Origin: a candidate division FCPU426 bacterium
GTDB lineage: Bacteria; Oederibacteriota; Muellerivitia; Muellerivitales; Muellerivitaceae
Direction: 5' to 3'
Length of the DNA stretch: 64,000 bases
NCBI GenBank assembly: GCA_963738405.1
Contig: CAVTWJ010000022.1
Span: 1-64,000, forward strand
The notes beneath the pieces were generated by a model. That model saw nothing but the letters and a program-made list of their open reading frames with translations. It was not told where the DNA came from and searched no databases. A program made the translations under genes and the position numbers. Shown here piece after piece: positions 49,081 through 56,035 of this stretch (positions are counted from its first letter, which is position 1; the number at the start of each line of letters is the position of its first letter).

Positions 49081-51501
49081 ATGGTTCCCGACGGCTTTCC
49101 CTATCCCCTTAATCAAATCGTAATGGTCCCTATTGATGACCTGGAAGATCCCGAATGGAACCCTCGGCCCATTGTGGAAGAGGCTCCCCTCCAAGATTTG
49201 GTGGATTACCTCCAAAGCGGCGGCAAAGTGCCCCCCATTGAGATTTGGGTAGGGGATGGGAAGAAACCCCACCTGGTAATTGCCGGTAAAAGGCGCCGAT
49301 TGGCCTATCGGCGGCTTGGCCGGACAGCCATCGAGGGGATATTCATAGATTGCAGCTTTGAGGAAGCTAGGCGCAGGGCCGTGGCGACCAACCAGGGCAA
49401 CAAACCCTATTGGCTCGGGGAATATGAAAGGGCTGAGTTTGAGAAAGATGCTCACACTGAAATAAAGAGTAATGCGGCGCTCGGGGTGTTTCTGGGCAAG
49501 TCCAAGACTTGGGGAAAACAGGCTATCTCCATGATGAAGCTATTGAGCAAGGAAACCCGAGCCCTGATTTACACCCATTTCGCCCAAAAAGGTCAGGCCC
49601 TGACCAATTCTGATGGAAGTGAAAAAAACACGCCTGAAATTGACGAAAACGGCACCGAAAATCCATCTAAGTCAGAAAAATCAGCCGACAACGAATGGTT
49701 TTTGACGGAATATCCGATGACTGGGATTTTGCCCCTTTTGAAGGGGCGGCCCCAAATCGCGGCCATGAGGCTAGCGGACCGGGCGGTTCCATTTATCATC
49801 CGCTATAAAATGGCCCTCCCCAAGGTTAAGCGGTTGGTGAAATTGCTGATTGAGGGGAAGAGTGACGATGAGATAACTGAGATCTTTGAGAAAAAGCCTC
49901 CCGGAGGGGGCTCCGGGTCCGGCCCAGGTTCGGGTTCATCGGACGAGGGCGGTTCGGATGATGGAGGAAATGGCGGCTCCGGAGGCTCTGGTGGGGGTGG
50001 CGGTTCTACCCCCTCTATAGATACACCAAAAAAGGCAGACGAAACCCCCGAAACGGTCGAAACCGCAAAAGAGCCGAAAGTTACTATTTGGGCCAACCTT
50101 AACCAAATCTGGCAGGGTTTTTTTCAGGCTGGGCTTAAAAGCCTATTGGGCAAACTGCCCAAGAACCCATTGCAAGCCGTCGGGTTTCTTCTCTGGACCA
50201 TCCCCTGGGGTATCCTGCGCATCCTTGGGAAGATATCCCTCAAAGCCTGCCAGATCATTTGGAACCGGGCCCTCAAGTATGTCCACCAAGCCTGTAAGGC
50301 TGTGGCAAATAGGTTTGCGCCCCTCAAGGGTTCTTCCAGTCATTCAAGCCACAGCGGTTCCCGAAGCGGGCAGGACCCCCTAGCCTTTTTAGCCCATTAC
50401 GCCGTCTATTGGCTTTTGACGTTGGTTTTCTATTCGCTGCTCCTTAGCTTCATCGGGTACCTGATCCCGCCCTCAAGGCCCTGGATCAACATCGCGGTCA
50501 AGTACCTGGGCCATTTCTTCGCCCAACTGCCCCTCTGGATTCTTTGGCAGATTTTGAAAAACGCATGGATCGCTTTTGCCTTGGGAGTAGTTTTGATGAT
50601 AGCGATCTTTAAAACCTACAAGCCCAAACCTTTGGAAATACTTCTTTACGCGGTTCTTTTAATCGCGGTTTGGTGGAGCAAGGTCCTTTGGATGCGCTTC
50701 CTGCCGGAAGAGCCTTCATTTTCAATACCAAGAACCGCTACCAAGACCCAAACTGAAACAAACCAAAACGAGATTTCACCACCAAGACTCCAAGACACCA
50801 AGAACGACCAAGGATTGGATAACAACAAACCCCAAAATTCCTCGGTTACAATGGCACAACTCACGGTAAACCCCGCCCCGCCAAGCCGCCCCGCCGGTTC
50901 CTCTATAGAACCGGCACAACCAAGTCACGGCCCTCAGCTTGTGGCTTCGGTCCAGATGCAAGACACCAAGAAAACGCAAAGAAGGTTAACTAAAAACTTG
51001 AAACTCAACACACAAACTTCTTCAACTCCCGCCTTAAATGTGGCCGCACCGAAACACGAGTCGGCCCAGGCAAATGCGGGTTCCGAAGTTCCCGCCCAAT
51101 ACCAAGAACGGGTTCAGCAAGAAAAGGTGTTCCTTAACGTTTTCGCTGGTGATCTTTTCGGCCCCAGCTATCACGATATCCAGGGCTGGATGGCAACCCT
51201 GAAGGGTGAAATCATGGAAGGGTATCAGGACCAGTTTTTCTACGAAAATTACCCGCCCGCCAAGATCCAGGAAATCCAGGACAAGAAGTGGAAAGCCTAT
51301 TTCAAACCCACCCAGCCACCCCAATGGCAAAGTACCGACAGCGTTTCGGATGAGTTCTTGGTGCAGGGGGTGGTGACCACCCAAAGCGATTTGCATTACC
51401 AGGGGGAGGTGGTTTCCACCCAACCGATCACCCTAAAGGTTAGGGTGTACCAGGGAGCCCAGGGCCCGCATGTGACCAAGGTGGAAAAAGCTGTGCCCTA
51501 A
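49081..51501 (+). CDS. ParB/Srx N-terminal domain + HTH + multi-pass membrane region + C-terminal soluble domain
   Basis: NPR, PPI.I, IAGKRRRLA (ParB Arg patch), A...N; HTH-like ALGVFLGKSKTW; Gly/Ser linker; 3-5 hydrophobic helices; GGAGG SD before ATG 49081. Confidence 0.75.
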   Translation: MVPDGFPYPLNQIVMVPIDDLEDPEWNPRPIVEEAPLQDLVDYLQSGGKVPPIEIWVGDGKKPHLVIAGKRRRLAYRRLGRTAIEGIFIDCSFEEARRRAVATNQGNKPYWLGEYERAEFEKDAHTEIKSNAALGVFLGKSKTWGKQAISMMKLLSKETRALIYTHFAQKGQALTNSDGSEKNTPEIDENGTENPSKSEKSADNEWFLTEYPMTGILPLLKGRPQIAAMRLADRAVPFIIRYKMALPKVKRLVKLLIEGKSDDEITEIFEKKPPGGGSGSGPGSGSSDEGGSDDGGNGGSGGSGGGGGSTPSIDTPKKADETPETVETAKEPKVTIWANLNQIWQGFFQAGLKSLLGKLPKNPLQAVGFLLWTIPWGILRILGKISLKACQIIWNRALKYVHQACKAVANRFAPLKGSSSHSSHSGSRSGQDPLAFLAHYAVYWLLTLVFYSLLLSFIGYLIPPSRPWINIAVKYLGHFFAQLPLWILWQILKNAWIAFALGVVLMIAIFKTYKPKPLEILLYAVLLIAVWWSKVLWMRFLPEEPSFSIPRTATKTQTETNQNEISPPRLQDTKNDQGLDNNKPQNSSVTMAQLTVNPAPPSRPAGSSIEPAQPSHGPQLVASVQMQDTKKTQRRLTKNLKLNTQTSSTPALNVAAPKHESAQANAGSEVPAQYQERVQQEKVFLNVFAGDLFGPSYHDIQGWMATLKGEIMEGYQDQFFYENYPPAKIQEIQDKKWKAYFKPTQPPQWQSTDSVSDEFLVQGVVTTQSDLHYQGEVVSTQPITLKVRVYQGAQGPHVTKVEKAVP
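50777..50969 (+). repeat. Two intergenic-type repeat copies embedded in-frame in the ParB-like CDS
   Basis: 50777-50808 is identical (32/32) to 43102-43133; 50893-50969 matches 43314-43390 at 71/77. Confidence 0.85.
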
Positions 51502-51528
51502 TTACCTTTAGGAATTGGGGCAACCTTA

Positions 51529-51565
51529 CCTAACCCGTTTGGGATGTGGATCCAAACGGGTTAGG
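51529..51565. repeat. Perfect 14-bp inverted repeat (possible terminator or REP)
   Basis: CCTAACCCGTTTGG-9 nt-CCAAACGGGTTAGG just after the ParB-like stop codon. Confidence 0.7.
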
Positions 51566-51587
51566 GACACGGGTTTAAAGCCGCCGG

Positions 51588-51696
51588 TTTGAAATCCCCG
51601 GCTTTAGCCGGGGATGAATGGCGATCGTGCCGAAGGCACGACAAGCGAAGCTTGGGCTTCGTGGAGCCCGGGGCGCTTGCCGGGGGGTTTTCCACC
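51588..51696. mobile_element. Non-autonomous IS200/IS605-like miniature element
   Basis: GAAATCCCCGGCTTTAGCCGGGGATG and GAGCCCGGGGCGCTTGCCGGGGGG..CCAC hairpins resemble IS200/IS605 ends; no transposase between them. Confidence 0.5.
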
Positions 51697-51743
51697 CTTT
51701 AAGGCGGGTTGGGGGATGCCATAGGCCGTGTTAAAATAGGAAC

Positions 51744-51962
51744 ATGATTCGAGACACCGACTATTGGAACCATTGGGAAGATGAACATCGGCGGCAAACG
51801 CCTGTCGACGTGGAACAAAACTTCCGCCTGATGGACGCTATGTACCGGGAAGCCGATCAATTGGGTTTGATTAAACGCATGAACCCCTTGGATGGGCTTG
51901 AAGCGGTTATTCTTTATGCCAAGGCCATCAATGTTCCAAGCCCTTCTCGCCCAGCTGTCTGA
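51744..51962 (+). CDS. Small protein paired with a nucleotidyltransferase (putative TA partner)
   Basis: 72 aa; extended -10 TGTTAAAAT 6 nt upstream; overlaps the next gene. Confidence 0.65.
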   Translation: MIRDTDYWNHWEDEHRRQTPVDVEQNFRLMDAMYREADQLGLIKRMNPLDGLEAVILYAKAINVPSPSRPAV

Positions 51963-52470
51963 GGCCTTAGACCAAAACAAAATTCCTTACATGGTGATTG
52001 GCGGCCAAGCCGTGCTGGTTTACGGCGAACCCCGTTTTACCAAAGACATCGACATCACTTTAGGAGCGGGAATCGAGCGCTTAGAAGACGTTCTCAAGAT
52101 CGTTGAATCCATCCATTGGAAGGTTCTGACACTAACGCCCGCCGATTTCGTCCAAAAAACCATGGTTCTCCCCTGCCAAGACCCCGCCAGCGGGGTGAGG
52201 CTTGATTTGGTTTTTTCCTTTTCCCCCTATGAACGCCAGGCCATGGATCGGGTTCGACGGATCAACTTCCTGGGCCGGGAAGTCCGATTTGCCTCGCCGG
52301 AGGATTTGATCATCCACAAGGTGGTCGCCGGCCGTCCCCGCGATTTGGAGGATGTAAGGGTGGTTCAATTGAAAAACCCGGGGATCGACCGGGCTTATAT
52401 CGAAAAGTGGCTTCGTGAATTTGAAACGGCTCTGGACAAACCCTTTGTGGAAACCTGGAAAAAGTTATAG
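51931..52470 (+). CDS. Nucleotidyltransferase (DUF6036/AbiEii-like)
   Basis: IPYMVIGGQAV..YGEPR.T.DID, SPEDLII.K..AGRPRDLEDV. Confidence 0.85.
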   Translation: MFQALLAQLSEALDQNKIPYMVIGGQAVLVYGEPRFTKDIDITLGAGIERLEDVLKIVESIHWKVLTLTPADFVQKTMVLPCQDPASGVRLDLVFSFSPYERQAMDRVRRINFLGREVRFASPEDLIIHKVVAGRPRDLEDVRVVQLKNPGIDRAYIEKWLREFETALDKPFVETWKKL

Positions 52471-52532
52471 CCGTTTGGCCCGGCGAAACCTTCCCCGCTT
52501 CGATGACGCTAGGCGCTTTTCGTTGGGCAGGA

Positions 52533-53273
52533 TCAAGTCTGAGGGTTGGAAAGCTTTTCCTTATGCTCTTGATACAAGCGGCTATAGGCGGCCCAATAGG
52601 GATGATTCATCGGTATGTATTTTGAGAATCCCGCGAAAAATAAATCCATGGCCTTGAGCCCCCGATGGCGAAGGGTTTCGTGGAAGTCAATTTCGGCATG
52701 AACAGGCCGGGCTGGATTCCGCAAGTCAAACTCCCCTGTGTCGGGATTTAGGTAATCTTTAAAAACCTTATTCCCTTCCACAACTGTTTTTGATTTTCCG
52801 GAGGTCATCCCTTTCAGGCTTTCATCCAAGGGGCTCCTGCGCCGGGCGGGGGCTTGGCTTCGGCGGCGGTATTCCTTTAACAGCCCTGATTTGGGGCAAA
52901 CATAAAGGTCGCCGTTCCAAAGTTCATATGCTCCCCAAGGCCGCCTCGCGTAAATCTTCCCGCCTTCAACGATCACATGCCGATCGACGTAATCGAAGAC
53001 ATGGCCGCGGACGTGCTTTTGAACTGCGTTATCCATTCGGATGTTTTCGCAAATCTCGCCGAAAACCTTGTCCCAAGGCCGGCCCGTGTGTTTACGGAGG
53101 TACCGTTTGAGGGGCGCTAGATTCTCATTGAGATCCTTGAGATCGGTGTGTCCACGTTTCATGGATTGTTTGGAAGGCAACTCGTCGAATTCCCTGGCTT
53201 GCCGCCTTTTCTGGTCGCGGCCGCCGCCCCGGCGGGGTCGTTCCACGATCACTTTGCACATGTCGCTGCGCAT
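52533..53273 (-). CDS. Conserved basic hypothetical protein (MRxDMxKVIVERPR family)
   Basis: MRSDMCKVIVERPR, LNENLAPL.RYL..GRPWDKV..EI, HV..H, LYV.P..GLL; AAGGA SD. Confidence 0.7.
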   Translation of the reverse strand: MRSDMCKVIVERPRRGGGRDQKRRQAREFDELPSKQSMKRGHTDLKDLNENLAPLKRYLRKHTGRPWDKVFGEICENIRMDNAVQKHVRGHVFDYVDRHVIVEGGKIYARRPWGAYELWNGDLYVCPKSGLLKEYRRRSQAPARRRSPLDESLKGMTSGKSKTVVEGNKVFKDYLNPDTGEFDLRNPARPVHAEIDFHETLRHRGLKAMDLFFAGFSKYIPMNHPYWAAYSRLYQEHKEKLSNPQT

Positions 53274-53529
53274 GATCTTTTCCTTTGAAATCGAATGGTT
53301 CGAAATTTCGCCGCTGCACAAATTTCTTAGTAGGTAAGGGATTTGCGCAAAGCCTTTTTTGACGAATGGGCAACCGAATAAGTTTCAAGATGATGAAGCC
53401 GGTTCCCTGTGACAGCCGTTCTCCACACGGAGACACTCCTTAACCCTTCAAAGGCTTGAATTCTCCTAAAATATATTGTACTAAATATTGTGCAATTTAT
53501 ATAAACAGGAAAGGGTCAGGGGTATTTTT

Positions 53530-53934
53530 ATGCGTACCATTAGTCTCTGGGAGATTGAAAATTTATTCGGAATGGTCGTGAGGGTGCCCACGGGCCTTCA
53601 CTGGTCTAATCAAACCGGCGGTGTGCTTTGCAGCCACCCTGTCGTGGAAGGGATTTTCGTGCCCCTTCCCCAATACTGGTTTGCGGAGAATTCAATTGAA
53701 GATGAGATGGGTCCTATGAAGGGTGACGGGGATGTAAAGGCTTACAACCGCCGGGTGGCTGAGATTTTCCTGAATGCGAACCCGGAACTTCAAAAGCGCT
53801 TTGAATTTGACGAGAACTTCGAAGAAGGTGCCATGGAGGCATGGGTTCCGCTTAAAGTTCTGACGCCGGACGATGAAATTTTAAAATCCTTTCACGGATT
53901 ACCCGCCGTCATCACGTACGAAAACTCGGATTAG
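53530..53934 (+). CDS. DUF6210-like protein
   Basis: TG..WSNQTGG..C.HP.VEG.FVPL, EAWV, terminal T.ENSD. Confidence 0.6.
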   Translation: MRTISLWEIENLFGMVVRVPTGLHWSNQTGGVLCSHPVVEGIFVPLPQYWFAENSIEDEMGPMKGDGDVKAYNRRVAEIFLNANPELQKRFEFDENFEEGAMEAWVPLKVLTPDDEILKSFHGLPAVITYENSD

Positions 53935-54013
53935 GCTTTGTGTTTTTGGAGAGGACGGATTACCCAAGAACTTATAAACCCGGTCAAAAGAATTCAAAGA
54001 ATGGAATGGGATT

Positions 54014-54844
54014 ATGAAAACCGCGAATACCCAATTTAATAAAATAAATGGGTTTATGGATTCGGACGCGGCCCAAGAACTCGAAGAAATCGTAAAGCGT
54101 GTGGTGGCCCGCTTTCATCCCGATAAAATCATCCTTTATGGCTCCTTTGCATATGGGATTCCCCACGCGGAAAGCGATTTTGACCTGCTCGTGATTTTGC
54201 CCGAACCGCCATCCAGCCAAGCGGGTTGGGAAACCGCCTATGAAATGCAGATCAAGCGCATGCTCCAATTAATCTTCATGAAACCTGCGGTATTCGAGGA
54301 AGAAAAGGATGTGGTAGGCGGACTAGCCTATCCCGCGCACCATTGGGGAAAAGAGCTCTATTCCTGTCCGCCGGAACCAACCCGGCAATTCCTGATGGAC
54401 ACCGCGCACCGGACAAGGGAACAAGTCATTTGGGATTTCATTCAAGGCTGGCTCAAGAGGGCGAAAAGCCGGTTGACGATGATAGGGATTTCCCTGAAAC
54501 AGGATTCCGAGGATTATTTCTACGCCGGGTTCTACGCGCAAATGACGGTGGAGAGCTATCTGAGGGCTTTCCTGGCTTGGCGGCAGGTTCCCAATACCAA
54601 AACGCGCGAGATCCAAAAGTACTTGGCCCTTTTGCCGGCGGAAGACGCTTCCCTGGCGGGGAAGCTTGCCGAAGCGGATTGGTTGAGCCCCTATGGGGAA
54701 GATTTTCCTGATCCAGCCGATCCCCCGATGGACCGGGAAACGGCCCTCAAGGCGGAAATTGAAGCCAAACGGGTTCAAGGCTTGATATTGGAACGATTGG
54801 GAAGTTACTTGGCCCAAGGGCGGCCTGGTTTTCAGGGTGGGTAA
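54014..54844 (+). CDS. Fused minimal nucleotidyltransferase (MNT)-HEPN protein
   Basis: IILYGSFAYG.P..ESDFDLLV, followed by W...A...F.AQ..VE.YL.AFL...KT (HEPN-like). Confidence 0.8.
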   Translation: MKTANTQFNKINGFMDSDAAQELEEIVKRVVARFHPDKIILYGSFAYGIPHAESDFDLLVILPEPPSSQAGWETAYEMQIKRMLQLIFMKPAVFEEEKDVVGGLAYPAHHWGKELYSCPPEPTRQFLMDTAHRTREQVIWDFIQGWLKRAKSRLTMIGISLKQDSEDYFYAGFYAQMTVESYLRAFLAWRQVPNTKTREIQKYLALLPAEDASLAGKLAEADWLSPYGEDFPDPADPPMDRETALKAEIEAKRVQGLILERLGSYLAQGRPGFQGG

Positions 54845-54943
54845 GCTTCGTGACAGGGCCCCAAGCGGGGGATTCGGTTTACTCGCCCCCGGGCTCTTTG
54901 TTAGAGGGTGATATAATCTTTTTAAATTTAAGGGAGGGACGCC

Positions 54944-55192
54944 ATGGAGCACCAGCATTACAAATTCGACCGGATTACCTTCGATCCGGAAAAATGTTTT
55001 GGGAAACCTTGTATCCGAGGCTTTCGCATGTCCGTGGCCTCTATTTTGGGGTATATGGGCGGGGGCATGACCATCCCTGAAATCCTGAAGGAATGGCCCG
55101 AACTTGAGAAGGAAGACATCCTGCAGGCCCTCTCCTACGCGGCGTTGGAAACCGAGGAGCGGTTTATTCCAGCACAACCCTTTCCAATATGA
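54944..55192 (+). CDS. DUF433 domain protein (antitoxin-like)
   Basis: RIT.DP....GKPCIRG.R..V..IL...G....EIL...P.LE.EDI..AL.YAA. Confidence 0.9.
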   Translation: MEHQHYKFDRITFDPEKCFGKPCIRGFRMSVASILGYMGGGMTIPEILKEWPELEKEDILQALSYAALETEERFIPAQPFPI

Positions 55193-55268
55193 TTCAGGGG
55201 ATCTCGAGCGTGAAATGAATGGATAAGGGCGTCTTGCCCGCCCAAAACTGTGATGATATATTTTAACT

Positions 55269-55451
55269 ATGACCCTTAAAAACATCGAAGGCGCTGTCCG
55301 AAAACTAAAGCTCGAAGATCAAAGAAAATTCCTGCGCGACCTGCCCGCACTCCTGGGAATATCCTCGGAAGACATGGCTCGGTTAAAGACCGCCGAGAAA
55401 GCCTTCGATTTTTGGGACAACCCCGAAGACGCGGAATATGACTCCCTATAA
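55269..55451 (+). CDS. Small antitoxin upstream of the MazF-like toxin
   Basis: Acidic C-terminus AFDFWDNPEDAEYDSL; overlaps the toxin start; TTGCCC-17 nt-TATATT promoter. Confidence 0.75.
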   Translation: MTLKNIEGAVRKLKLEDQRKFLRDLPALLGISSEDMARLKTAEKAFDFWDNPEDAEYDSL

Positions 55452-55959
55452 TCGCGGCGACGTTGTTCTTGTGGCATTTCCATTCACTGATCTAACCACC
55501 CAAAAGATGCGCCCTGCTCTTGTTTTATCCTCGAACTCATTCAATCGCGATGGATTGGATGTTATTCTGGCCGGTATCACCTCCCAAACCGGAAAATCAG
55601 CGCTCGGTTCGGATATTTTGTTGTCTCCCGAAGATCAAATCCACGCGGGCCTTCGAAAACCCTCCATCGTTCGACTCGGAAAGCTTGTGACCCTGGATCA
55701 TCGGTTGATTCGTGGGAATCTGGGTAAAATACCTGAATCCACCTTAGCCCAATTGACCCTTGTTTTACATAATCTATTGTCGTCTGACCAAAAGGGTGAG
55801 GGATTTTACGGTGCCCAAGAACCACCAGCCGTTTACGCTGCCCCTGCCTCGAGACATCAAGTTGAGAGGCGAGGTTTGGGTGTGCCGGGCCGTAAGTTAA
55901 ATGGGCCCGGCGATGGAAAAACTCGGAAGAAAAAAACAGGAACAAAGAAGAAAAAGTAG
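55438..55959 (+). CDS. mazF: PemK/MazF family endoribonuclease toxin with basic C-terminal tail
   Basis: RGDVVLV.FPFTD...K.RPALVLS, ITS, GL.KPS.VR. Confidence 0.88.
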   Translation: MTPYNRGDVVLVAFPFTDLTTQKMRPALVLSSNSFNRDGLDVILAGITSQTGKSALGSDILLSPEDQIHAGLRKPSIVRLGKLVTLDHRLIRGNLGKIPESTLAQLTLVLHNLLSSDQKGEGFYGAQEPPAVYAAPASRHQVERRGLGVPGRKLNGPGDGKTRKKKTGTKKKK

Positions 55960-56035
55960 TGTTGTAGATAATCTTCGTTTGAAGTTTGCTAGCTTTACCT
56001 GTCGACTGCCAACTGCCGACCGTGGACTGTCTTTG

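Noticed and set aside
54323..55285. 320-aa minus-strand ORF
   Set aside because: Antisense to the MNT-HEPN and DUF433 genes.
56000..56029. Heptamer-like run TCGACTG-CCAACTG-CCGACCG-TGGACTG
   Set aside because: Resembles short repeats seen near accessory cassettes, but it is a single short degenerate instance; not enough to call.
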